From Octopus vulgaris (taxonomy: Eukaryota), in contig OX597832.1 of assembly GCA_951406725.2 (NCBI GenBank), forward strand, positions 18,228,001-18,292,000: a stretch of 64,000 bases of DNA, in the 5' to 3' direction. Below the pieces are notes generated by a model. The model searched no databases, was not told where the DNA came from, and was given only the letters and a program-made list of their open reading frames with translations. Shown piece after piece: positions 12,290 through 24,652 of this stretch (positions within the stretch are counted from its first letter, which is position 1; each line of letters starts with the position of its first letter). Position numbers and translations under genes: made by a program.

Positions 12290-13600
12290 GAACACCACAA
12301 CCATCACCAGCAGCAGTACCACCACCACCACCACCACCACCACTAACACCACCACCAACAGCAACCACAACAACGACAACAACACCACCAACAACAGCAA
12401 TAACAAGAGGAACGACACTTCTGCGATTACTAAAAACACTACCACCATTACTGCCATTGTTACTATAACAACAACCAACTCCTCTCCATCACAAAAAACG
12501 ACCAACAAAACAACCAGCAACAACACCGTTACTACCACCGCTACCACCACTAACATCAATACTAACATCGCCACTTCCACCAATACCATCCAATGAAATA
12601 CACCAACACCACCACCTCTGACTCCAAAACTATCACCACCACTAAGAATATTACATCCCCACAATGATCAACGACTACAAACACTACCACCACCACCACC
12701 AATATCATCAGCATCATCACCATGGACATCACCACTACTACCACAACCGGGCACAACCAAAACCACCAGCACAACCAACACCACTACTATCAACATCACC
12801 ACCACCAACGTGACGACAAATTCTACCAACACGCATCAACCACCAACACCAACAAACAACTATGCAACTACTAAAACCACCATTTGAACTGCTACTATCA
12901 TCAGCACTATCACAATTGTAACCACCACCACAACAACCAACGGTGGAGCTACCAGCACCACCGTTACTCCCATCGAAGCTACCAATAATAACACTACTGC
13001 ATCCACCACTACCGTCCAGTAAAGGCCAACACCACCACCACTAACACTAACTACCACTACCAACACTACACTCCACCACGACTACCAACACCACTACCAC
13101 CAATACCACCATCACCACCGCATTAACCGTCACCACTAAACCACCATCATTGCTTACACAACTACCACCACCAAGATTATCATCACCAACACCACTGCCA
13201 TTACGACTCGCCATCCAAACCACTACCATTGCCATTAACAACGAGGTTAACACCAGTAACAAATAACAACCCCCTCCGCACGGACAGATACGAATATTCT
13301 TAATATCACTCTCCACATTCGACGATAAAACTGCATCTCACAGCCCCAGTGCCACACCTTAAACATTACGACCGTCTTTGTTATCACTAGCAAAAAAATA
13401 AACAAAACCGACAATAGCCGCACCGCCTTACCTCCAACATCAGCTTCGCCATCGTAGCCACGACCATCATCATCACCAGCATCACTCCATTTCGGTATAC
13501 AATAACATTAAACCCTCAACATCATGACCATCACAAAATAATCATCGTTACCATCACCACCGCCACCACAAACAACAACAACAATAACACCGACAATAGC
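12290..13600. repeat. decayed (ACC/ACA/ACT)n low-complexity tract
   Basis: ~1.3 kb A/C-rich trinucleotide-derived sequence, no continuous ORF. Confidence 0.8.
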
Positions 13601-13709
13601 ACCGCTACTCTTCATGTGGATGATTACGTGGATGGAGTTCAGGATGGTTATGGTGTTGGTGATGGTGATGGTGATTGTGGTTTCAACGTTACAATAACAT
13701 TTTACAAGA

Positions 13710-13940
13710 TAAGGGCGGCGAGCTGGCAGAACCGTTAGCGCACCGATCAAAATGCGTAACGGCATTTTATCCATACTTACTGTTTTGAGTTCAAATTTGC
13801 ACCGAGGTCGACTTTTGACTGTTCGTCTTTTCAATTGTTTTCAATTGTTTCATAAAATAAGTACCAGTTAAACATTCGGGTCAAATTAATTGACTTACTC
13901 CTAACCTGGAAATTGCTGAACTTGAGCTAAAATTTGAAAT
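13710..13940 (+). mobile_element. degenerate SINE family C
   Basis: GGCGGCGAGCTGGCAGAA head, GAGTTCAAATT, GAGGTCGACTTT, AATAAGTACCAG. Confidence 0.75.
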
Positions 13941-14379
13941 GCTTTCCTTCAAGTTAAGTATCATATTTTAAATGTAGGCGAGTAGGACCGGTGGATTATA
14001 TGAACTCCAATATGTGCTTCGGCTCTGTGCGTTCTGAGTTCAGATCATGCTACGGCTTATATTTGCTGATATAATGAAGGCGTTAAGCCACCATGTTTAG
14101 CATCACCCACTGGTTTTTGAATTCCCTTTTGCGAATGGTGTATTCTATTTCAAGCATTTTCACCAGATTACTAGTTTTGAATTATGTTCCGGTTTTACAC
14201 TTACCAAAAAAATACAGCATTAATAGCTGAAATTGAGAGAAGTACGACTGGCAGTAGTGATGCTCCCCAAGACTGACAACAGGGAATATAATTCGTATAA
14301 CGAAGGAATAGGAAGCGAATGAGTGAGGTGTGCCTGAGAAGAGGATACAAATAAGTCAGGTTGAGGAGGAGTAGAGTAG

Positions 14380-14725
14380 GAGAAAGAGGAGGAGGAGGAA
14401 GGGGAGGGGAAACAGGAGTAAGAGTCACAGGAGGAGGAGATACAGGTGTAAGAAGAAGAGGAGTAAGAGTAAGAAGGCGAGGAGTAGAAACAGGTGTACG
14501 TGTAAGAGGAGTAGGAGGAAGAAGGGGAGGAGAAACAGGTGTAAGAAGAGCACGAGGTAGAAGTGGAGGAGAAACAGGTGTAAGTGCAAGAGGAGTAGGG
14601 GGAAGAAGGGGAGGAGAAACAAGTGTAAGAAGAGTACGAGGTAGAAGTGGAGGAGAAACAGGTGTAAGTGCAAGAGGAGTAGGAGGAAGAAGAAGAGGAG
14701 AAACAGGTGTAAGAAGAGTACGAAC
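14380..14725. repeat. purine-rich minisatellite with 39+45 bp higher-order unit
   Basis: Repeated GGAGGAGAAACAGGTGTAAG followed alternately by AAGAG(C/T)ACGAGGTAGAAGT or TGCAAGAGGAGTAGG.GGAAGAAG. Confidence 0.85.
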
Positions 14726-14875
14726 TTCGAGTAAATGTGGAAGACTCTAAGTTGTCATTCGATCAGTTTTTTGAAAAAAAAAACCAGATCGTATTGGATC
14801 TGAAGGTATAGAAACAACAATATTCAATGAGACTTGGAGACAACGTGGTGAAGTCTATGTTGTAGTTCCGCCTGT

Positions 14876-15203
14876 CGTGAGGGCGCGTGGCTTAGTGGTT
14901 AGGGCATTCGGCTCATGATCGTAAGGTTGTGAGTTCGATTCCCGGCGACGCGTTGAGTCCTTGAGCATGACACTTTATTTCACGTTGCTCCAGTCCACTC
15001 AGCTGGCAAAAATGAGTTGTACTTGTATTTCAAAGGGTCAGCCTTGTCACTCTCTGTGTCACGCTGATTATCCCCGAGAACTACGTTAAGGGTACACGTG
15101 TCTGTGGAATGCTCAGCCATTTGCACGTTAATTTCACGAGCAAGCTGTTCCGTTGATCGTATCAGCTGGGACCCTCGTCGTCGTAACCGGCGGAGTCTTT
15201 TTA
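14876..15203 (+). mobile_element. tRNA-derived CORE-like SINE (OR2-like) sharing its tail with family B
   Basis: A box TGGCTTAGTGG, B box GTTCGATTCC, CORE-like TCCTTGAGCATGACACTT..CCAGTCCACTCAGCTG; tail GTATTTCAAAGGG..CGTCGTAACC; 12-bp TSD AGTTCCGCCTGT at 14864-14875 and 15204-15215. Confidence 0.88.
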
Positions 15204-15433
15204 AGTTCCGCCTGTTAGAAATAATAGACCAACTCCTGTCAAAAGAGAAAAAAAACAACGAAAATTACATTGATGGGATTGTAGAAAATTTTGAACATTA
15301 CTTATATTAAAAACTATTAAAGCTATATTCGTACAAAATATTTTCGTATCAAATGGAAGTGATCAAGATACGAATTGAAGTCATTGTCAGACATCTCAAC
15401 TATAATTTCAACGTACATATTTTCACATGTTAT

Positions 15434-15655
15434 TACTCTCTTTTACTTATTTCAGTCATTTGACTGTGCCCATGTTGGAGCACCGCTTGTAGTGGAGCAA
15501 ATCGACCCCAGGATTTATTTTTTTGTAAGCCTAGTACTTATTCTATCGGTCTCTTTTTCCGAGCCGCTAAGTTACGGGGACGTAAACACACCTGCATCGG
15601 TTTTCAAGCGATGTTTGGGGGACAAACACAGACACACAAATATATACACACACAC

Positions 15656-15728
<73 letters not shown>

Positions 15729-15894
15729 TTTGACGGGCTTCTTTCAGTTTCTGTCTACTAAATCCACTCACAATGCTTTGGTCGGCCCGAGGCTATAGTA
15801 AAAGACACTTGCCCAAGGTACCACGCAGGGGAACTGAACCCGGAACCATGTGGCTGGTAAGCAAACTACTTACCATAAAGCCACTCCTGCGCCT
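15434..15894 (-). mobile_element. SINE family A
   Basis: Full-length reverse complement ending CCACTCCTGCGCC. Confidence 0.9.
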
Positions 15895-15904
15895 GTTATA
15901 TATG

Positions 15905-16146
15905 CAGGTCGTTCAAAACGTCTCTCCGCATGAAGTATTTTATTGCAAAATAAATATTTATATGACGGTATAAGACTACAAAAGAATATGTTAGACTTTA
16001 CAAGACTCTAAAAAAAAAAACTTTATAAGAGGTGTTGAAAATGTAATCCTTCATTTTCAATATGTACGCTGACTCTTCTACATATTTTGAAATACATATT
16101 GGATGTAAAAAAAAAATCACTGCGGAGAGACTTTTTGAACACCCTG
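15905..16146. mobile_element. Tc1/mariner-type MITE (~240 bp)
   Basis: Imperfect TIRs CAGGTCGTTCAAAACGTCTCTCCGCA and TGCGGAGAGACTTTTTGAACACCCTG followed by TA; no ORF. Confidence 0.78.
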
Positions 16147-16689
16147 TACTTCTCCTGAATAATAATAGGTTGTATTTTCGTTTGCCTTCCATAGTTATTA
16201 TGGTGTTTATTTAACTTATCAAAAAAATAATTTCTTCACTCATATTTTTTCTATTTTCGTTCAAGTATATACAATCATGTCTCAATTTCACAAGAGAAAA
16301 AGTAAATAAAAATAAACCGGGACATTATTTAGTAGATAACATCAGTCACCAATTTATAACTGGTATAATCGATAACGAATTAATACGATTCAAAGCTGAA
16401 CACTAAATTAATTTTAAATTCAAACATTATTTTTTAAAGTCTAGAAAATGAATTTAATATAATGTCGACTTTAGTTACGTGATATAAAGAAAGCACTGCG
16501 GTGTTAGAAACGGTTATATTACCGATAGAACTTTCAAAGAAAGTAGAGAATTCAATATTGAAAAGATAAGAAATCAAAAACGTATTGAAAGGGAAAATAG
16601 CGAAAGATAATATGCTAAAGAGGATACAGCATAGTAAGAAATAATTGTTAAAATAGAACAAATACAATAAGAAACACAAATACACTTCT

Positions 16690-16690
16690 A

Positions 16691-16752
<62 letters not shown>

Positions 16753-16785
16753 GTTAATATTCATTTTCTTCTTCTTCTTCTTCTT

Positions 16786-16859
<74 letters not shown>

Positions 16860-16968
16860 GATTATTATGATTATTATTATTATTATTATTATTGTTATCA
16901 TTATTATTATTATTATTATTATTATCATCATTATTAATATTATTGTTATTATTATCATTATTATTATT
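16690..16968. repeat. (TTA)n/(TTC)n microsatellites
   Basis: Directly visible. Confidence 0.95.
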
Positions 16969-17682
16969 CTTTCGGCTTAAATCATATGATGGCCAAAGTT
17001 GAAATTCGGATAAATGTGTATAAATATATATGTGTGTGTGTGTATGTGTATGTCTGTACGAGTTTTTGTGCGTGTGTCTGTATAAACGTGTCGAAAAGAA
17101 AAAAAGAAAAGAACTAATGGTAGTGAGGCATATATAAACATGACAAACACCTGGTGATGAATAGAAAGACAAGGAGAGATTAAGATGAGCGTGAATAGGG
17201 AAGGGTGGGGATATCAAAATAGAAAATTGAAATGGAAGGTTTGTTTCGTATATTTGAAGATGGGGAAAATAAATTGAGGCAGAAATACACAAACAGAGAG
17301 ATCAAGAGATCGAGAGAGAGAGAGAGGGATCGAGAGAGAGAGATACAGACGGACAGACAGACAGACAGATTTATTTGTGTGCTAGTATGTGGCTACCAGA
17401 AAGAGGAGAGGTTCAAAGTGGTTTCTAGATTGACTATCGCTAATGCCAACATGATAATTCAATTACATTTCCAAACTAAGAATTTTTTTTAAACGGTCAG
17501 TTTGATTTATTGACTTACCAGTGTTTTTTTTTTTTTTTCAGAAACAAAATGATTCATGATTCATTCATCTGCCGAATATGTTTCTATACATGAAACAAAA
17601 CAGGGAGAAACACATGCACAGAGGGGTTGAAGAATATACACATACGCTAGTAGACTCGCGCTTGAAATTAATTCGAATGACC

Positions 17683-17712
<30 letters not shown>

Positions 17713-17720
<8 letters not shown>

Positions 17721-17990
17721 ATGTTACATTACTCGGTAGTCAAGATAAAACTCTGAGTTTCAGATGCCGAAGTGGAAATCCACAACACCATCTCTTCGGT
17801 TATCTGGCTATTTGAAAACGTTATGATAGCCAGATAACCGAAGAGATGGTGTTGTGGATTTCCACTTCGGCATCTGAAACTCAGAGTTTTATCTTGACTA
17901 CCGAGTAATGTAACATATTGTATAGATAAATTTCCTCTATTTACATAATATTGAGGTCTCTTTCTTTCTTTTGTTATCTTACCGTTTTAT

Positions 17991-17993
<3 letters not shown>
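17713..17993 (+). mobile_element. palindromic PLE-like non-autonomous element in (TA)n: perfect 99-bp arms, 14-bp spacer, one-sided tail
   Basis: 17713-17811 is the exact reverse complement of 17826-17924; unique tail 17925-17993; (TA)n on both flanks; HHR-like fold in each arm. Confidence 0.8.
17832..17894 (+). ncRNA. hammerhead-like motif (U4C variant; mirror copy at 17743-17805 on minus strand)
   Basis: AGATAA-CCGAAGA-GATG..GTGGA-tt-TCCAC..CATC-T-GAAA-CTC-A-GAG-TT-TTATCT; 6-bp stem I; stem III the same as in the 2866 HHR. Confidence 0.62.
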
Positions 17994-18044
<51 letters not shown>

Positions 18045-18072
18045 TTGTATATATTAATTTACTTATTTATAG

Positions 18073-18460
18073 CATACATATAAGAGGGAATTTACCACTA
18101 TGTGGAAACCCTTATGCTGGAAGAAGATCCGCTATGGTCTTACCACTAAGAATTGTTCTCTAGAAAATTTATGATAGTGAAACATTTGTTTATGATTAAT
18201 CTATATTTTTGTTAGTTTTCATTTATCTTGCTCGCTTACGTTTCCGCTGTTTGCTAAATTTTCTAGAAAACAATTCTTAGCGGTAAGACAATAGCGGACC
18301 TTCTTCTCGCAGAAGGGTTTCCACATAGTGGTAAATTCCCACTTATATGTATGTAATACTATTTACTTAACCACAGTTTTCTTTTATATACTAGACCACT
18401 GGTGTTAAAATTGATGTTATCAAATTAATATCAAATTTTTCACCTTCATTTTAATTTTAA
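18073..18460 (+). mobile_element. second palindromic element in (TA)n: ~99-bp imperfect arms, 83-bp spacer, one-sided tail
   Basis: 18073-18171 vs 18255-18353 inverted with several mismatches; tail 18354-18460 ends at (TA)n. Confidence 0.75.
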
Positions 18461-18686
18461 TATATATATATATATATATACAAAAAGAGAGATGACAAAG
18501 AGAAACAATAGTTATGCTATGAACTTCATTATCTTTACAGCCGTTTCTGCAACAACTGAGTGCCTGAAAAACATCGTAGAGCTTTAGCGGAGACGGATGT
18601 ATGAAACGCAATTTATTTTATTAAAATAATTATATTTGTGCAATATACAGGAAAGTAATTTCCTCTGAGAAAGTTATTGCTGTTTT

Positions 18687-18821
<135 letters not shown>

Positions 18822-18947
18822 ATAGAGGAAGGATAACATCCTGCATGTATATATGATGCGTATATATTATTCATATGTACATATATATATATACGTATAC
18901 ATATGCTTATATGTATGGGCATATATAGATATGTATGTGTATATATG

Positions 18948-18997
<50 letters not shown>

Positions 18998-19460
18998 CAC
19001 ATGTACATAGTTGTATAACATATATAATATGTACCTATAGATATATATATACATATATACACCCTTACAGCATAATTACATTCATACATACATGTATTAT
19101 TACATTCATATTTACATGCATAATTACATACATATAAACATATATACATACATACATGCATATAGAAACAGGTCCGCCTGCAGACACACATCGAGCTTAA
19201 GCTAATGTTTTAAAATACTCGAAAAGAAGTGTTGGAGAGCAAATATATAAAACAGAGATCAGTGTATGCATTAAAGCGTTGGGAGGAAGCAATAATGGGT
19301 AATGTTTGAAACCTATGTCACAACATCAAACACACAAGCTGATAAATAGGAACATCCATAACAATGTTACTAGGCGGCCTTCTTACTAAAACGGTATCAA
19401 AGTTGATTTGGCGTGTTGTTTATGTGTGTGTTATGCATATATAAGTATAAATATGTGTGA

Positions 19461-19506
<46 letters not shown>

Positions 19507-19703
19507 GTGTGTGTGTGTGTGTGTATGCGTGCGTGTGGGTATTATATACAAACATACGGGCCGGCACACATGTACCAATATGTATATGTATATGCATGGT
19601 GACACAAACATACACACACAAAGACACACACACCTATATATATAATTATATAGATAGATACGTACATGTATAGATATGTTCATATATATGTGTGTATGCA
19701 TAT

Positions 19704-19743
<40 letters not shown>

Positions 19744-19864
19744 ACACATATATGTGTACATACATATATCTATTTATATATGTTCATGTATATACATATA
19801 TATATATACGTGTGTGTTTATGTACGAATAACTAGCGCATAAATCTACATACACACATGCATTC

Positions 19865-19896
<32 letters not shown>

Positions 19897-19916
19897 ATAC
19901 ATACACACACATACAA

Positions 19917-19972
<56 letters not shown>

Positions 19973-20327
19973 AAGTGTATATATGTTTGTATGCGGGTGA
20001 TTAAATGTACCTGTATATATAAATACACATATGTATTCCTCCCTCTGTATGTGTGTATGTGTGTGTGTGTGTGTTTTTGTGTTTAATGCGTCTCTGTCTG
20101 TCTGTCTGTCTGTGTGTGTGTGTGTGTGTGTGTGTCTCTCTCTCTCTCTCTGTATACTTACATACGGTATGACACACATACGCATATACTTCCATATGTG
20201 GTTTCTGTTTTGCTTAAACGTACACAAACAGTCAAACGCATGTATTTGCATATTGTGTGACTGACGTGCCCTACAATCAAATATATAATTTGTTCTATTT
20301 GCTTGTGTATTGGTATTTGTATTGATG

Positions 20328-20402
<75 letters not shown>

Positions 20403-21232
20403 ATACACACACAGGCACACCCACATATATATATACATTCAGACACGCACTCACAGAATTTTATACGCTCCCACACACATCTGTTTGTAAAAGTGTGTTT
20501 GTATGTTTGTGATTTACGACATATACCGCTAGGCGGTAAGTCAAACAATGATCACGTGTCCTAATTGCTGCCGTAGCATTTTAGATCTTTTTTATAAAAT
20601 TATATACAGCTGAGTTTGCAGATCAAGTTCAGTTAAGTGAAGGAGTGGCAAGCGGCACTTTGAGGTGACGTGAAAGAAACGCGGAAGAAATTAACGCGCA
20701 AGATTTACCTTAATGTTTCGCATATCAATCAAGTTGTATTATTTGTTTTGTTATTAAAAGTAATAGTGACTAATTTTAACATATGGGAAATAACGGAGTG
20801 GATAAGTTGACTAAAGTGCTGGATAGGGGGTGGGGGCATTAACAGTTTAGCTAACCCCTTTGAGAGTACAGAAATGATTTGAACCACACCTGCACATTGA
20901 CCGAGATGACAAATTAGCGATATTTCAATTGGACTATCGCTTGTTCGTTCCATGACACATGCACTGTTGGGTAGTCAAGTTATTTAATTCCCAGCCGATG
21001 AAATAGTTAATGCTTAGTTTATGGTCCTTCATAAGTGGACCCTCATGTAGGAACCACATTGGACTGATAGAAACAACTAGACGTGATAAAAGTCCTAATA
21101 CTAATAAATCCTGGAGCGTTACCCTCTCCCGTTCACTTCATTTAGAGGGATGGTTCATTTACTCCAATAACTTTGCTGCAATTACAGCTCCGCAATGCCG
21201 CATTATAAGGACAACTAGTGCCTTTAATACCT

Positions 21233-21449
21233 ATTTCTTTACTACCCACAAGGGGCTAAACACAGAGAGAGCAAACAAGGACAGACAAACGGATTAAGTC
21301 GATTATACCGACCCCAGTGCGTAACTGGTACTTATTTAATCGACCACGAAAGGATGAAAGGCAAAGTCGACCTCGGCGGAATTTGAACTCAGAACGTAAC
21401 GGCAAACGAAATACGGCTACGCATTTCTGCCAGTTCGCCGCCGTCGTGA
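21233..21449 (-). mobile_element. SINE family C
   Basis: Reverse-complement copy; TSD CTTTAATACCT at 21222-21232 and 21450-21460. Confidence 0.88.
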
Positions 21450-21566
21450 CTTTAATACCTAACGGAGTAACAGCAGTGACAACAGTGCCAAAACAAGCAG
21501 AGTGAAATCCGAAAGGTTCTTGTTTTTTCGTAACGTGCTTGTGTTATTCTATTTCTTCTGGTGTGG

Positions 21567-21800
21567 ATAGGGCGGCGAGCTGGCAGAAACGTTAGCACGT
21601 CGGGCGAAACGCTTAGCGGTATTTCGTCTGCTGTTACGTTGTGAGTTCAAATTCCGCCGATGTCGACTTTGCTTGTCATCCTTTCGGGGTCGATTAATTA
21701 AGTACCAGTAACGCACTGGGGTCGATGTTATCGATTTAATCCCTTTGTCTGTCCTTGTTTGTCCCATGTATGTTTAGCCCTAGTGGGTAATAAAGAAATA
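21567..21800 (+). mobile_element. SINE family C, full length
   Basis: 17-bp TSD TATTTCTTCTGGTGTGG at 21550-21566 and 21801-21817. Confidence 0.92.
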
Positions 21801-22086
21801 TATTTCTTCTGGTGTGGTGTATATAGCTTGGAGAAAATACTTTCTATCTCAGGTATTCAACAAGCGGTAAAGGAAGCTAAGGAATTCAATTCGTAGTACT
21901 GCTGGTATTGATGATCATGTCTGATCATAACCAGAAATTCGCATGATTTACAAAATTGTTTTATCAACAGGATGAGTCCTTGCCTGACAGTTCAATATGT
22001 GCGTATGCTACTGAGGAACAGCATTTCTGATGTTGAGTAACACCCAGCGAAAGAAATGGAATGAAGAACGCTGTATATGAGAACGC

Positions 22087-22472
22087 GGAGGCGCAATGGC
22101 CCAGTGGTTAGGGCAGCGGACTCGCGGTCATAGGATCGCGGTTTCGATTCCCAGTCCGGGCGTTGTGAGTGTTTATTGAGCGAAAACACCTAAAAGCTCC
22201 ACGAGGCTCCGGCAGGGGATGGTGGTGATCCCTGCTGTACTCTTTCCCTACAACTTTCTCTCTCACTCTAACTTCCTGTTTCTGTTGTACCTGTATTTCA
22301 AAGGGCCGGCCTTGTCACTCTCTGTGTCACGCTGAATATCCCCGAGAACTACGTTAAGGGTACACGTGTCTGTGGAGTGCTCAGCCACTCACACGTTAAT
22401 TTCACGAGCAGGCTGTTCCGTTGATCGGATCAACCGGAACCCTCATCGTCGTAACCGACGGAGTGCTTCCAC
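22087..22472 (+). mobile_element. tRNA-derived SINE family B (OR1-like), full length
   Basis: A box TGGCCCAGTGG, B box GTTTCGATTCC; 12-bp TSD ATATGAGAACGC at 22075-22086 and 22473-22484. Confidence 0.92.
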
Positions 22473-22622
22473 ATATGAGAACGCATAAGTAAGGTTTAAT
22501 TGTAATCAATACACTTGTAATATATATAATCACATAAACGCATAAATCACAGCGATTTGCAATAATGACACAGAATGTTACACGCCATTCAACAAATTTG
22601 AATATACCAATGTAAACCTTAG

Positions 22623-22694
22623 TGTGTAAACATTTAGTGGTTAGGACCCCACGTTGTGGCAGTGGTAAACCAGGTTCGGATCCTGGTCACGGCA
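22623..22694 (+). pseudogene. tRNA-His(GTG) pseudogene
   Basis: TAGTGGTTAGGACCCCACGTTGTGGCAGTGGTAAACCAGGTTCGGATCCTGGTCACGGCA closely matches recalled invertebrate tRNA-His; the 5' acceptor strand is decayed and pairs poorly with TCACGGC. Confidence 0.82.
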
Positions 22695-22712
22695 GTCCAC
22701 CATTACCTTTCC

Positions 22713-23200
<488 letters not shown>

Positions 23201-23409
23201 GGAGCATATAATAGATGCTTGAGATAGTCTGGCAAAATTTTGATTATGTGTATGCATATATCAATCACACAGAACGTTTTAAAATGATTTGGGTGAGATA
23301 TGTACAGCATCTTAACTTTATTTCAAATAACAAAACCTGAAAAAAATCTTATCATTCAAAAATATATGTTACGGAAGCTGAAATTATACAGAAGAGTGTT
23401 GTTTCGCGC

Positions 23410-24452
23410 AGGATTTGCCTCACCATAATAAATTTGTTAAACTGTCTTACACTGTCAACGGCGTATGACGAAGTACTAATAAATAATTCTGGCTACTTCA
23501 GACGAACTCATAAGAAGGTGTCTAAATTTTTTTTTTGAAGTCTGCACTCTGATAGAGGCTTTACTACTTTATTACAATGATGAGCACACAGAAATTAAAA
23601 ACGAATGTTGATCAGGTGATGCAGATTTTATGCAATTAGTAATGCTAGGATTAGAAGAATTATTGGTGTGTTTGCAATGTGTAGTAATGGATGGATGGAA
23701 GCACTCCGTCGGTTGATCCGTTCAACAGAACAGCCTGCTCGTGAAATTAACGTGTAAGTGGCTGAGCACTCCACAGACACGTGTACCCTTACAGAAAGAG
23801 GAAGTAAGAGTGAGAGAAAGTTGTGGTGAAAGAGTACAGCAGGGATCACCACCATCCCTGCCGGAGCCTCATGGAGCTTTAGGTGTTTTCGCTCAATAAA
23901 CACTCACAACGCCCGGTCTGAGAATCGAAACCGCGATCCTACGACCGCGAGTCCGCTGCCCTAACCGCTGAGCAATTGCGCCTCCACTGTGTAGTAATAT
24001 ACTGTAATATCTTGGCGAGATACCTTTAAGAGTAACATGAACCAAATGACTGTGTGTATTGCTATATTATATAATACTATCTTTCACACTCACTAAATTA
24101 GCAGTGTTGTATGAGGCGGAATTCAACTCACCACAATAAATTTGTTTATTAACTATCCCATACTGTCTCAAACCTTTGAAGAAATTCTAATAAATTAGTG
24201 AAATGAGGTCCAGACATACTCATAAGGAACTGTCTAAATTTTTATGAAGTCTGCACTCTGATAGATGCATTATTTCTTCGTTACAAAGTTGGACACAGAG
24301 GAATTAGAAAAGAATGTTGATCATGTAATGCAGTTTCTATGCAATTAGTAATATTAAGAATTGAAGAATTATAGGGGCCAGTCCAATTTGTAGAAATATA
24401 CTGTAATATCTTGTAGTGGTACCTTTAAGGGTAACATTGGCCAATGAATAAC

Positions 24453-24458
<6 letters not shown>
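23410..24458. repeat. diverged tandem duplication of a ~340-bp unit
   Basis: Copy 1 (23410-23688 plus 23988-24060) and copy 2 (~24118-24458) share TCACCA.AATAAATTTGTT, TGTCTAAATTTTT, GAAGTCTGCACTCTGATAGA, GAATGTTGATCA, TATGCAATTAGTAAT, ATATACTGTAATATCTTG, TACCTTTAAG.GTAACAT. Confidence 0.85.
23689..23987 (-). mobile_element. SINE family B, internally deleted
   Basis: Reverse-complement head and (TCCA)n tail; 11-bp TSD TGTGTAGTAAT at 23678-23688 and 23988-23998. Confidence 0.9.
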
Positions 24459-24516
<58 letters not shown>

Positions 24517-24607
24517 AGGGAAGAAAAGGAGCTGAACGAAGATTCTGCTACCCAGGTATCGGTTAAATTTTGAATAATCCTTAACAAGATAATTCATTTA
24601 TCGATTT

Positions 24608-24652
<45 letters not shown>

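Noticed and set aside
12220-13600. Possible mucin-like exon
   Set aside because: Frequent stops and frame changes; explained as a decayed (ACC)n tract.
14380-14725. CRISPR-like repeat-spacer appearance
   Set aside because: Intervening segments are themselves repeated, context is eukaryotic and no cas genes are present.
22087-22160. SINE heads as functional tRNA genes
   Set aside because: No complete cloverleaf; they continue into repeated SINE bodies bounded by TSDs.
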